A DNA stretch of 64,000 nt from an uncultured Verrucomicrobiota bacterium (GCA_902580225.1 CACHJU010000002.1:28500-92499); one strand, 5' to 3'; numbered from the stretch's first letter, positions 9,792-20,262 are shown. Numbers and translations are program-made. Notes: generated by a model from the letters alone, not told the origin.

Positions 9792-10748
9792 ATGAAGATA
9801 ATAATAACAGGTGCACTTGGTCACATTGGTTCAAGATTAATACGAGATATTCCTCAATTTCTTTGCAGATATCAGTTTGTTCTCATTGATAGCCTTATTA
9901 CCGAAAGATATTCATCTTTATTCCAATTACCAGAAGACATTAATTATACATTTCTTCACAGTGATATATTTGAAATAGACTACTCAGATATACTGAAAGA
10001 TACAGTTGCTGTAATCCATCTTGCAGCAATCACTGATGCAGAAAGAAGCGTTGATAGGGAAAAGGAGGTTAATCGGATAAATTTTAATGGAACTGAAATC
10101 ATCGCACGAGCATGTGCCAAGAATAGTGTTCCCTTTATTATGATATCGACAACAAGCGTTTATGGATCACAAAAAGATAAAGTTGATGAAACCTGTGAAA
10201 AACTATATCCGCAAAGTCCATATGCTTCTTCAAAATTAAATGCTGAGTTGCTCCTAAAACAATTGAGCGTTGAAATGGGTTTGAAATTTGTAATCCTAAG
10301 ATTTGGTACCATCTTCGGAAAATCAATCGGTATGAGATTTCATACAGCGGTAAACAAATTTTGCTGGCAAGCTACATTAAAGCAACCGATTTCTGTATGG
10401 GAAACTGCTTATGATCAATATCGACCATATTTAGATATTTCTGATGCAACTACATTGATTTATTATATAATAGGGAAAAAGCTTTTCAATAATGAGACAT
10501 ACAATGCAGTAACGACTAATGCCACCGTTCGAGACATTGTAAATATAGTTTCGAACGAAATGAGTGATGTTAAAATTGAATTCGTTAAATCTAAAATTAT
10601 GAATCAATTATCCTATCATGTAGTAGCAGAAAAAATTCAAGCACTAGGCTTTAAATTCGAAGGTGATTTAGCCATAGGAATTAAAGAAACTCTTCAACAA
10701 CTCCAAGGAATAAGTGGCAAACTCCCAATTAATATTATCGTCAAATAG
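9792..10748 (+). CDS. NAD-dependent epimerase/dehydratase (SDR)
   Basis: ITGALGHIGS, HLAAITD, STTSVYG, PYASSK, LRFGTIFG, MRFHTAVNKF. Confidence 0.9.
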   Translation: MKIIITGALGHIGSRLIRDIPQFLCRYQFVLIDSLITERYSSLFQLPEDINYTFLHSDIFEIDYSDILKDTVAVIHLAAITDAERSVDREKEVNRINFNGTEIIARACAKNSVPFIMISTTSVYGSQKDKVDETCEKLYPQSPYASSKLNAELLLKQLSVEMGLKFVILRFGTIFGKSIGMRFHTAVNKFCWQATLKQPISVWETAYDQYRPYLDISDATTLIYYIIGKKLFNNETYNAVTTNATVRDIVNIVSNEMSDVKIEFVKSKIMNQLSYHVVAEKIQALGFKFEGDLAIGIKETLQQLQGISGKLPINIIVK

Positions 10749-10802
10749 TTTTCATTTGCGGAATACTGAAAGCTTATTAAAATACGAAAATACTTTTTTT
10801 AA

Positions 10803-11813
10803 ATGGTAAATAAAACTACTGTACTGTTATTACTTAAGGATCGTACTGAGTTCACAAAGAGGTGGTTACATGTTCATAACGATATTAATTTTAACATACC
10901 AGTTCATATAGCAGACGGTAGTTTGAATGATTGTAATGAAAGAATCATTAGTGATTTTATCAGCAGAAAAAATAACTTAAATATTACTTATAAACATTAC
11001 GGAAAAGATACTAACCTAAACAAATTTTACTCAAAAATAATCAACTCAATTGAAGATATTGACTCTAAATATGTAATTTTATCATGTAACGACGACTTCT
11101 TAATAAAAGAATCCATCTTGGAAGGTTCTCATTTTCTAGACAATAACCATGAGTTTGTTGCCACCGCAGGTCCAGTATTTGATACTACAATGTGCCAAAC
11201 AAAAACTTCTCATAATCAAATTAGGGGAATTTTAAGCCATCCTATTAACCAATACCCTGCTTTTGACAGAATAGAAGAGCTTGCTGAGTCACGAATCTAT
11301 AATTATCTGTCTGGCAGAAAAAATAGTTATATTTGGAGTGCATTACATCGCAAAAATGTACTACTTGAAACAAGCAAAGTCATACATCGAATATCACCAC
11401 CCGATCTCCGCTTCCAAGAGCACTTAAATGCCCTTCTAACTCTAGCAAAGGGGAAGGTTTCGGGTGGAATGCAATGTATGACTCTACATCAGTCTAACAC
11501 GATGGAATCTGAAGGTGCGAAAATCATGAATAATTTAGGAACATGGTACAAATGGTTGCAAACCAACGAGTGGTTAGAATGCTACACTAAAATGGTTATT
11601 GAGATTGTTAATTTGATTGAACCTAAGGACAAATCGACAAAAAAAGAATTAAACAGACGAATAGAATTTTACTATCAAGCATTAATTGGTCAGTTGATTA
11701 TCAGAGAATTTCATCAATCTTACAAGGAAGAGCTGTTTGTTGACGGAGAACAAATACCTAAAAATTCTCATGTTTATGGAATTTGGGATAAAATTTCAAA
11801 AATCATAAGCTAG
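10803..11813 (+). CDS. GT-A glycosyltransferase, TIGR00180-like family
   Basis: LLKDR, IADGS, YVILSCNDDF (DxD-like). Confidence 0.75.
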   Translation: MVNKTTVLLLLKDRTEFTKRWLHVHNDINFNIPVHIADGSLNDCNERIISDFISRKNNLNITYKHYGKDTNLNKFYSKIINSIEDIDSKYVILSCNDDFLIKESILEGSHFLDNNHEFVATAGPVFDTTMCQTKTSHNQIRGILSHPINQYPAFDRIEELAESRIYNYLSGRKNSYIWSALHRKNVLLETSKVIHRISPPDLRFQEHLNALLTLAKGKVSGGMQCMTLHQSNTMESEGAKIMNNLGTWYKWLQTNEWLECYTKMVIEIVNLIEPKDKSTKKELNRRIEFYYQALIGQLIIREFHQSYKEELFVDGEQIPKNSHVYGIWDKISKIIS

Positions 11814-11835
11814 CAAATCTTGTTACGTTTGTTCT

Positions 11836-12546
11836 ATGAATTTTAAAAAAATCGCTTTATTTATTTTAAAAGAAATTGGTCTTAAACCCGATTTGCAGGA
11901 AGAGCACCCCAATACCTTTACTTCTTCAGATTCTTATCTTGAAAAAGAAGAATTTAAATATATTCTATGGATAGATAGAGCTTATTCTCTCATTAGAAAT
12001 ACTCCTGGTCATATTGTCGAAATTGGCGTAGCAAGGGGAAGAAACAGCATTTTATTTGGTCATTTGATTAAGATGCATGGAGAGTCAAATATTCGTCGTT
12101 ATTACGGTTTTGATACTTTCGAAGGATACACTAAATCGGATCTTCAAGATAACAGTCACTTATCAGAAAATGCATTCAAAGAAACCTCACTTGAATTTGT
12201 AAATTCACGACTCCAAAAAACAAATCTTTCCGATATATGTTCTGTTATTAAAGGAGATATTAGAGATACTGGTCCAGAATTTCTAAAAAATTCAAGCTCC
12301 GATAGATTTCAAAAAGGACATTTTCAAACTGCCATGTTATATATAGATTGTAATGCCTATGAACCGGCGCTTGAAGCGATGGAATTGTTTAAACCCTTCC
12401 TGGCACCAGGAGGGGTTATTTGCATAGATGAAAAAATGCAAGGAGGCGAAACGAAAGCACTAACAGAATTTTGTATGAAATATGGATTAGACTACAGAAA
12501 AGATGCTAGTCCATTCTCAATTCCCGCTTACACGAGATTAAAATGA
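11836..12546 (+). CDS. TylF/MycF-family O-methyltransferase
   Basis: PGHIVEIGVARG, YGFDTFEG, IKGDI, YIDCNAYEP, PGGVICIDE. Confidence 0.85.
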   Translation: MNFKKIALFILKEIGLKPDLQEEHPNTFTSSDSYLEKEEFKYILWIDRAYSLIRNTPGHIVEIGVARGRNSILFGHLIKMHGESNIRRYYGFDTFEGYTKSDLQDNSHLSENAFKETSLEFVNSRLQKTNLSDICSVIKGDIRDTGPEFLKNSSSDRFQKGHFQTAMLYIDCNAYEPALEAMELFKPFLAPGGVICIDEKMQGGETKALTEFCMKYGLDYRKDASPFSIPAYTRLK

Positions 12547-13304
12547 TAAGCATTAAAGAGATCTCATTACAAAAAAGTTCAACTAGTGATGAAATCCTCG
12601 CTTATCTCCAAAAATACGGCGTTTTAATAGTTGAAAACTTCATAAACTACAAACAAACATCTCAATTGTTAAAAGATTTTGAGAATATTTACAACAGTGG
12701 TGAAGAGTGGGCCGAAAATACAGATTACTCTAGTGGTAGATGCTGCAGAGTTAACCGGTCCCTTATAAATAGCCAGAGATTTAAGAATACTGCAGAGGTG
12801 TTTGGTTCTGACTGGATGAAAAATATTTGTAATTTATACTTAGGGGATAAATCTCTCCTAAATCACGAAATTTTTCTGGTCCATGATGTACCTAACTCTG
12901 TCCATGTTGCACAGGATCTTCATCATGATAAAATACCGACGCTTAAATTTTTTATCTACCTTACAGATACTACAACCGAGAATGGATCTTTTTATTGCGT
13001 ACCCGGAAGCCATAAAAGCACGAAATTAAGTCAAAAAACTAACCGGCAACAGTCAATCATACCAGACATTGAATCAACTAGAGATATCCCAAAAGATATG
13101 ATTGAGAAACAAATTCCTGTCGAAGGAAAGGCAGGGACGCTCATTATATTCGATACTGATGTTTTTCACAGGGCTGGCAAGGTATCATCTGGCGAACGTT
13201 TTGTCATGCGCGGACACTCGAGGAAAAACATTTTTATACCGGGATTCCCAAAGCCAACTAAAGATAGTTTAAGCAAGAGATTAAAAAAATTGCTTTTTTT
13301 TTAG
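12543..13304 (+). CDS. Phytanoyl-CoA dioxygenase (PhyH) family Fe(II)/2OG oxygenase
   Basis: LHHD (HxD), FIYLTD, NGSF..VPGSH, GKAGTLIIFD, FHRAG. Confidence 0.85.
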   Translation: MISIKEISLQKSSTSDEILAYLQKYGVLIVENFINYKQTSQLLKDFENIYNSGEEWAENTDYSSGRCCRVNRSLINSQRFKNTAEVFGSDWMKNICNLYLGDKSLLNHEIFLVHDVPNSVHVAQDLHHDKIPTLKFFIYLTDTTTENGSFYCVPGSHKSTKLSQKTNRQQSIIPDIESTRDIPKDMIEKQIPVEGKAGTLIIFDTDVFHRAGKVSSGERFVMRGHSRKNIFIPGFPKPTKDSLSKRLKKLLFF

Positions 13305-13376
13305 ATCTAAAAACATAACTCAAAATGACTTACGACCAAACTTTTTTATTAAAATTAGTTTTATTTTTTAAAAATT

Positions 13377-15689
13377 ATGTTTTTTGACAGACATTTAAAA
13401 ACATATGTTGTTAACAAACAATCTACTGTTCGGGAGACCCTTGAAAAAATAACTAAAACGAAGTCAAGAGTTGCAATGGTTGTCAATGACAATGGAAACT
13501 TACTCGGTGTCGTGTCAAACGGAGACATTTTGAGGTGGTTAGTTGGAGAAAGTAATCCTGACCTGGAATCAAACATCTCAGATGTCATGAACCCAAAATA
13601 CATTTTTGTAAGTGAAGATTCTACTAAAGAGGAAATTCTCCTAAAACTTCAGAAAGTCAATTTTGTTCCGCTAGTTAATAGCCAAAATCAATTGGAAGCA
13701 ATTATCTCGAATTCACTTATCAATGAAATTAAAGTTGGTAAATCTATTATAAGTTTCGATCATCCTAGTTTCATTATTGCGGAGATTGGTATTAATCATA
13801 ACGGTTCTTTTAAAGAAGCCAAAAAACTAGTGGAATGTGCAGCTGAATCTGGTGCAAACGCAGTCAAGATACAAGTAAGAGATTTAAATTCCACCTATAA
13901 TACGTCTATACTGGACGACAGTTTAAAGGCGGAGCATGGAACTCAGTACTTACTAAATGAATTAATAAAGGCTGAATTAAGCCATGATGAATTTGGCTTC
14001 TTAAAGACTCAGGCTGAAAAACTTGGACTAGAATTCATTGGGACGCCATTTGATCATCCATCTGTTGATTTTCTACAAGAGTTGAATATCAATGCTTTTA
14101 AAATTGGTAGTCCGGACTTTACAAATATTCCCCTTATAGAAAAAGTTGCCTCCATTGGCAAACCAATGATTGTTTCGACTGGCATGTCCAATGAATTAGA
14201 AATCCAAAGAGTTATAGCAGAACTTGAAAAGATGCATGCGAATTACGCTCTATTGCATTGTAACAGTACCTACCCTGCCTCTCCAGAAGATTTGAATTTG
14301 AATTTTATAAGAAAACTTGCTGAAACAAGTGGTAGAATCGTGGGCTATTCAGGACATGAACGTGGTTTTCTGCCTAGCGTCACAGCTGTAGCACTTGGAG
14401 CTAGAATTATAGAACGGCATCTTACCTTAGATAATGCCTTGGAAGGTCCTGATCATAGTTCTTCCCTTGAACCATCCGATTTCAAAAAGATGGTGGAAAA
14501 AATAAGGCAAACTGAAATCTGTCTTGGTGATAAAAAAAGAATAATTAATCAAGGCGAAGAAGTAAATCGTATAGCTCTCGGAAAATCGTTAGTAACAGCG
14601 AAAAAAATTGCAAAAGGAAGTTTATTAACCGCAAATGATCTTTTAGCAAAGACGCCTGCTCGAGGAGTATCACCACTGGAAATCAGTAAATTTATTGGTA
14701 AAAGACTTGTCCGAAATTTAAACAAAGATCATTACATTCAATTTGATGATACGACAGTTGGCATTACTAAAAAAGAAGAAATAAACATCTCTAAAAACTG
14801 GGGAATTGTCGGGCGCTTGAACGATTTTGAAGAATATCTGCACTGGAAACCTAAACTTATTGAAATTCATCTTACCTGGAGAGATTTGGTAGACTACAAA
14901 ACTATTGTAAAAAGATTTAATAAGAAAAGCTTTACTCAAGATTTCGTCGTACATGCTCCGGAATATTTTCAAGATAAGTTAATTGATTTTACAACTTCCG
15001 ATATTGATGTGCTTGAGTACTCGCTTGAAATGTTGCAGATGACCATAGAGTTAGCGAGAAACGTTGCCCCGCAATTTAGTGGAATGAAAAATTCCAAAGG
15101 ACCTAAAATCGTTCTGCATCCGGGAGGACATTTTGAAGCACGAAAAGAGACTAACAAGAAAGAACAGTATGACCTATTGATGAATAATGTCTGTTCTGTA
15201 GACTCAGAAGGTGTTGAAATTCTTATTGAAAATATGCCACCAAATCCCTGGTATTTTGGAGGTCAATGGTACAACAGTATTTTCTTGGACCCTGAAGAGA
15301 TTAACCAATTTTGCGAGGCATCAGGATTTGGCCTTTGTTACGACACCTCACATGCATTACTTCAATGTAATTTCGAAGGTAAGAAATTAAATGGATTCAC
15401 TCAAAAAATTTCTAAACATGTAAGGCACTTACATATATCAGATGCATCTGGTACCACACAGGAAGGTCTTCAGATTGGTAGTGGAAACATTGACCTTGAT
15501 CATCTGCTAAATATCCTAAATTCGATCGACACTGGTTTTATTCCAGAAATTTGGCAAGGCCACCTTAATGGAGGAAAAGGATTTCATGAGGCTTTAAAAA
15601 CTATTGAAAGTCTTCTTGGTGAACAATTTTCAACACCTGGATGCTCAGCTAATAATAAATATAAAAACAAATTAAACGACTTGCTATAA
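13377..15689 (+). CDS. neuB: Nonulosonic acid synthase (NeuB family) with N-terminal CBS pair, SAF domain and C-terminal xylose-isomerase-like TIM barrel
   Basis: CBS GVVSNGDILR; NeuB IAEIGINHNG, KIGS, STGMS, LHCNSTYP, GYSGHE, IERH, GPDH; TIM barrel VLHPGG, ENMPP, DTSH, HLHISD, PEIWQGH. Confidence 0.9.
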   Translation: MFFDRHLKTYVVNKQSTVRETLEKITKTKSRVAMVVNDNGNLLGVVSNGDILRWLVGESNPDLESNISDVMNPKYIFVSEDSTKEEILLKLQKVNFVPLVNSQNQLEAIISNSLINEIKVGKSIISFDHPSFIIAEIGINHNGSFKEAKKLVECAAESGANAVKIQVRDLNSTYNTSILDDSLKAEHGTQYLLNELIKAELSHDEFGFLKTQAEKLGLEFIGTPFDHPSVDFLQELNINAFKIGSPDFTNIPLIEKVASIGKPMIVSTGMSNELEIQRVIAELEKMHANYALLHCNSTYPASPEDLNLNFIRKLAETSGRIVGYSGHERGFLPSVTAVALGARIIERHLTLDNALEGPDHSSSLEPSDFKKMVEKIRQTEICLGDKKRIINQGEEVNRIALGKSLVTAKKIAKGSLLTANDLLAKTPARGVSPLEISKFIGKRLVRNLNKDHYIQFDDTTVGITKKEEINISKNWGIVGRLNDFEEYLHWKPKLIEIHLTWRDLVDYKTIVKRFNKKSFTQDFVVHAPEYFQDKLIDFTTSDIDVLEYSLEMLQMTIELARNVAPQFSGMKNSKGPKIVLHPGGHFEARKETNKKEQYDLLMNNVCSVDSEGVEILIENMPPNPWYFGGQWYNSIFLDPEEINQFCEASGFGLCYDTSHALLQCNFEGKKLNGFTQKISKHVRHLHISDASGTTQEGLQIGSGNIDLDHLLNILNSIDTGFIPEIWQGHLNGGKGFHEALKTIESLLGEQFSTPGCSANNKYKNKLNDLL

Positions 15690-16384
15690 TTCCTGCACGT
15701 GGAGGATCCAAAAGATTACCTCGTAAAAACTTACTGCTACTAGGAGGAAGACCCCTTTTCGAATACACTATCAATGCAGTTGTACAATCTGAATGCTTTG
15801 ATACGGTTTTATTTTCATCTGATGATGATGAAATGCTCGAACTTGCATCTCGTAAGAAAAAGGTCACGACCGAAAAGCGGGCCACAGGACTTGCTACTGA
15901 TTCAGTAAAAGTTATTGATCTAGTAAAAGAAATTACAAATAAGCCCGAAAATAGGAAATTCGATCAGGTCGGCTTATTTTTGCCTACCTGTCCTTTTAGA
16001 ACAGCAAAGCATATCTCTGACGGTATTAAACTTCTGAGTAAGAATGACTTTTCTGTTGTTAGTGTGTGTGAAATGAATGATCCACTACAACTAAGCCTTT
16101 CTCTTAATTCAGAAACTAAAATAATTAATCCTGAGGCAGTTCTTACTCCCTCTCCTTTAGTTACGGGATCAACTCGTTCTCAAGAATTCAAAAAATACTA
16201 CAGGGTAAACGGAGGATTTTACATTGCTTGGATGTCGCAATTTCGTAAAAAAGAAAATTTTTTCCAAGGACAAGTCAAGGGGTATATTATGGATAAAGTT
16301 AACTCGATAGATATCGATCATGCATATGATCTTGATTACGCAAATATGCTTTTGGATAAAAACTATATATCATTTGATAATTAA
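15671..16384 (+). CDS. neuA: CMP-nonulosonate synthetase (acylneuraminate cytidylyltransferase)
   Basis: The frame upstream of the listed ATG 15833 reads IKRLAIIPARGGSKRLPRKN, the canonical N-terminal motif. Also LPTCPFR, NGGFY, SIDID. Start inferred at ATT 15671. Confidence 0.9.
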   Translation: MKRLAIIPARGGSKRLPRKNLLLLGGRPLFEYTINAVVQSECFDTVLFSSDDDEMLELASRKKKVTTEKRATGLATDSVKVIDLVKEITNKPENRKFDQVGLFLPTCPFRTAKHISDGIKLLSKNDFSVVSVCEMNDPLQLSLSLNSETKIINPEAVLTPSPLVTGSTRSQEFKKYYRVNGGFYIAWMSQFRKKENFFQGQVKGYIMDKVNSIDIDHAYDLDYANMLLDKNYISFDN

Positions 16385-16405
16385 GCCTATAGAACAGATC
16401 AAAAT

Positions 16406-17368
16406 ATGAGTAATTATTTTCAAGCTATTCAAAATAAGATTAAGGGCCCTGTTTTTTCCATCCTTACACCATTTGATCCCGTAACTGAAGAAATTGACTA
16501 CTTTTCCTTGGAAAATTATGTCCAAAAGATTTATTCGTCGGGAGGTAAAGTGTTTTATGTGATGGCCTATAATAGTCGTTATTCTCAGTTAACTTTCGAG
16601 GAAATAAAAGAGTTGAACGCCTTTATTTGCAAAAAAGTGAAAGAGTTAGACTCCAACAATATTGTTATAGTTGCCGATCCACCACATTGCTCAACAAAAG
16701 TTTCTATTGAATTTGCACAACATGCAGAAAGAATTGGAGCAGATATGATCTCGCTAATTGTCCGAGAAAGATTTTATTTCGAAGATCAGATATTAAAACA
16801 CTTTGAAATGATTAACAATTCCTGTAATATCGGAATATTAATTCATGAAATGCCATTCTTGAATGGATTAGGTGGTCCTCCAGTTAATTGGCCGCTTACC
16901 CTTTTAGATAGAGTCGCAAACTTAAGTAATGTCATTGCAATAAAGGAGGATGCAAAAGATGATAATTATTCTAAGGATGCAATTAGCCTCCTCAAAGATA
17001 GACTTTCGGTAATAATTTCAGGTGGAGGAAAAAGTCAATGGTTACGCTTTACTGATCTAGGTTGCCAAGCTTGGCTTAATGGAATTGGGGTTTTCGAACC
17101 AAAAATTGCAACAACTTTTTGGAATTCATGGAATAATAATCAAAAATATGTTTGTGATCGAATTGTGAAAGAAATAGAAGCACCATTCTTCGAGCATGGG
17201 GTAAAAAAGTATGGGTGGCACCTAACAATAAAGGTGGCACTTGAACACTTTGGGATCATGTCAAAACATGACCGTATGCCCCTGATGCCTTTGCCAATTT
17301 CTGAATCAAATAATTTAAAACAGCTTTTTGATTCATTCCCTGTAAATGAATTAATTCAAAAAGCTTAA
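16406..17368 (+). CDS. DapA/N-acetylneuraminate lyase-like class I aldolase (atypical)
   Basis: GPVFSILTPF, AQHAERIGAD, Schiff-base Lys in IAIKED, RMPL. Confidence 0.78.
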   Translation: MSNYFQAIQNKIKGPVFSILTPFDPVTEEIDYFSLENYVQKIYSSGGKVFYVMAYNSRYSQLTFEEIKELNAFICKKVKELDSNNIVIVADPPHCSTKVSIEFAQHAERIGADMISLIVRERFYFEDQILKHFEMINNSCNIGILIHEMPFLNGLGGPPVNWPLTLLDRVANLSNVIAIKEDAKDDNYSKDAISLLKDRLSVIISGGGKSQWLRFTDLGCQAWLNGIGVFEPKIATTFWNSWNNNQKYVCDRIVKEIEAPFFEHGVKKYGWHLTIKVALEHFGIMSKHDRMPLMPLPISESNNLKQLFDSFPVNELIQKA

Positions 17369-17384
17369 TGTTCTTATTGTCTCA

Positions 17385-18851
17385 TTGAATATTAAAAAAA
17401 TATCAGACTTTATAGTAAATCTTGAAAGCACTATACCAATTAATGAAATTAAATATAAAAAAATACTTTTATGGCCTATTATCAGATCTTACATTTACGG
17501 TTCATTACTCACTGATGATCAGTGTAAAAGAGTTTCAGTACCTGCAAAAAAAGAGGGCAATTGGCTTAATCGATTTAAGTCAAAAATATTTCATCACAAG
17601 ATCGCTATTAAAGAGGTCAAGAAACAACATTTCGAAGGAGAGACTGATTTTCTTTTTTGGAGTAGAACTATTGATCATTCAGATAAAGTTGATGGTTTAC
17701 CCTACAGCAGACATACAGATCCTTACTTTGAGTTATTCAATGAAGAGTACAGATGTAGAAAATTGGAGATTGGATCAGAGATAAAGAGAAAAGTTAAAAC
17801 TACTTTCTTCCCAAGTTGGATTACAATGGTTCCAGATCATAACGAAATTTGTCTGGATCATATATCCAAAAGGACTCTAAATATTATTAATAATGAATTT
17901 TCAGAGTATTCAAGTAAGTCAATCCCTTCTTCATTTATTTCTTCTAAGGTTCTTAAAATTTTAAAATTAAGCAGAATATTTAAAGAGGTTTTAAAAATGA
18001 TTTCTCCAAATGCAGTTTTTATAGTCTGTTATCACGATGAAAATACTTTTGCAGTTATTCTTGCATGCTATGAGTTAAATATTCCTACAATTGAAGTACA
18101 GCATGGACAGCAAGGAATATATAATTCTCTGTATTGCCGATGGACAAATATGCCCAAAGACGGATACTCACTCCTTCCTAACTATTGCTGGATGTGGGGA
18201 GAAAAATCAAAAGAGAATGTCTTAGCAGATAGAAACGATAATCAAACAAATCCAATTCCAATAGTAGGTGGTAATCGATGGTTATTTAAGAAAATTTATC
18301 AAAAAAATGATTTTACTGGAGATAGTTTTATCCAAAAATTAAAAGAATGTCAGGTTGTGACAATCGCAACTCAACCATTTTCTAATATTGATTTGTTAAT
18401 TCCTGATTTTGTTTACAATGTGATCAATAAATTTCCGTTAGGTATACAATGGTTAGTAAAATTGCATCCAAACCAACTCAATCAAACTGATGAAATCATA
18501 GGTTTAATTAAACAAAAAATAGACAACCGCAATATTTTGGTTCGAGAAATTTCAAACTATGCTCTCTATGATATCTTAAAAGTTACCAATTTTTTAATTA
18601 CACAGTGGTCTAGCGTGATATATGAATGCCAAATATTTAACAACATACCAATTGTGGTAAGTGAAACAGGAAAAGAACTTTTTTCTAAGAAAATTGAAGA
18701 TGGTTATTTTCTTTATGCTAAGGACGAATCATCACTTTCCGAAATTTTAGAAACAGAACATAACTTACCTGTGGATGTAGAACCTTATATTAAGCATGAT
18801 GACCGCACAGCACGAATTGCCATGAACCGGTTAGTAGAATTTACAAATTAA
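17385..18851 (+). CDS. Putative GT-B nonulosonate (sialyl-type) transferase / capsule biosynthesis protein
   Basis: IPTIEVQHG, LLPNY.WMWG, VKLHP (HP motif), SSVIYE; adjacent to neuAB. Confidence 0.55.
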   Translation: MNIKKISDFIVNLESTIPINEIKYKKILLWPIIRSYIYGSLLTDDQCKRVSVPAKKEGNWLNRFKSKIFHHKIAIKEVKKQHFEGETDFLFWSRTIDHSDKVDGLPYSRHTDPYFELFNEEYRCRKLEIGSEIKRKVKTTFFPSWITMVPDHNEICLDHISKRTLNIINNEFSEYSSKSIPSSFISSKVLKILKLSRIFKEVLKMISPNAVFIVCYHDENTFAVILACYELNIPTIEVQHGQQGIYNSLYCRWTNMPKDGYSLLPNYCWMWGEKSKENVLADRNDNQTNPIPIVGGNRWLFKKIYQKNDFTGDSFIQKLKECQVVTIATQPFSNIDLLIPDFVYNVINKFPLGIQWLVKLHPNQLNQTDEIIGLIKQKIDNRNILVREISNYALYDILKVTNFLITQWSSVIYECQIFNNIPIVVSETGKELFSKKIEDGYFLYAKDESSLSEILETEHNLPVDVEPYIKHDDRTARIAMNRLVEFTN

Positions 18852-19013
18852 AATCATACTTTGGAAATAAATCTTGGAATTAAAAAAATAAAAATATTCC
18901 TCTGGGTTGCTGTGTTATGGATGACAGTAAACTAAGTAGATTGCATTCAAAATAAAGGATGTACAGTTAGAAATTTGGAAATAGTTTTTTGCATATTTGC
19001 TATTTTTTAGGAA

Positions 19014-20243
19014 ATGAAAGTTTTAATTACGGTTTCTCCTTACAAGAATCATACATATAAAATTTATCATGAAAAACCAGAACTAGTTCATCTTGATGTA
19101 GTGTCTCAAACTGAATATCTTAAGAATAGGCTCGCAAGCTCTTTTGAATTTTGGAGTAGGGAATTTAAAAATTATGGGTGGGACGCTAATTTGGTTTTTC
19201 CCGGAATTGAACAATTTCAAAAAGCTTGGTTAAAAGAGTTTCGTCCTGGTTTTTTTCCTGCCGAAAATCTCAAAGAAGAATCTCTACTCGCACAAATAAA
19301 CTTTTACAAACCTACTTTACTTTTTATACTAGATTTAGATTTGATAACTCCTTCTTTCATTTCTAAAGTTAGGGATATTTCAAAGGAAACTCAATTAATT
19401 GCTACTTGGTATGGAGCTCCCATTCCCAATGAAAAAAACCTTAAATGTTGTGATTTAGTTTTTACAAATTCCAAAGATTTGAGGTGGAAATTGAAAAATA
19501 TTGGCGTTAATGCCCATTTTATCTTTCATGCGTTTGAGAATTCAATTTTGAATAATTTAAACAAAAGTCAAGATTCTCGAAAATTTGATTTTGCTTTCAT
19601 TGGAACTATCAATACAGATAAATCTACTCATTTAGAAAGATCGAAAACGATTGAACTACTTGCTCAAGAGACAAATCTTAAAATTTGGAGTGATATAGAT
19701 ATTCCTAAGTTGTATGAGAAATTTAGATTATTATATATTGCCAAAAGATTTGACCTTTGCCAGTTTTTCCAAAGTTTTCAGTTGTTTAGATGGTTATTGT
19801 TGGTACCACCGTTCAAAAAATGGTCTACTTTATCTGTAAGACCAAATTTAAATGAGTACTTTTCCTACATATTATATCAAAGATTAAATGCACCTGTATT
19901 TGGTGATGAGATGCTTATGTTGTTGAATCAATGTAAACTTGTTTTCAATGGTCACTCAACACACACAGGAGTTAATTCAGTAAACATGAGATTATTTGAA
20001 GCAAGTGGAATGGGTACTTGTCAATTAGTTGACGCAAGGTCGATTATTTCCGAATATTTCGAACCAGGCAAAGAAATTGTAACTTATTCATCGAGAAGTG
20101 AAGCCTTATCGAAATCCAAAGAACTTATTAATAATCCAAGTTTATGTGCAAAAATTGGTAAATCCGCACAAACTAAAACACTAGAAAATTTTACTACAAA
20201 ACACCAAGTATGTAAAATAATTAGAGTTTTAGATAAATACTAG
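19014..20243 (+). CDS. Glycosyltransferase, CgeB/Glyco_trans_1_2-like
   Basis: FDFAFIG, PVFG.EM, NMRLFEASGMG, YFEPGKEIVTY. Confidence 0.8.
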   Translation: MKVLITVSPYKNHTYKIYHEKPELVHLDVVSQTEYLKNRLASSFEFWSREFKNYGWDANLVFPGIEQFQKAWLKEFRPGFFPAENLKEESLLAQINFYKPTLLFILDLDLITPSFISKVRDISKETQLIATWYGAPIPNEKNLKCCDLVFTNSKDLRWKLKNIGVNAHFIFHAFENSILNNLNKSQDSRKFDFAFIGTINTDKSTHLERSKTIELLAQETNLKIWSDIDIPKLYEKFRLLYIAKRFDLCQFFQSFQLFRWLLLVPPFKKWSTLSVRPNLNEYFSYILYQRLNAPVFGDEMLMLLNQCKLVFNGHSTHTGVNSVNMRLFEASGMGTCQLVDARSIISEYFEPGKEIVTYSSRSEALSKSKELINNPSLCAKIGKSAQTKTLENFTTKHQVCKIIRVLDKY

Positions 20244-20262
20244 TTTAAATTAACTTAAATCT

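Noticed and set aside
15649-15833. neuA as an N-terminally truncated pseudogene or a frameshift fusion to neuB
   Set aside because: The full N-terminal motif is present in frame after the stop at 15662; an ATT start is the simpler explanation, though unproven.
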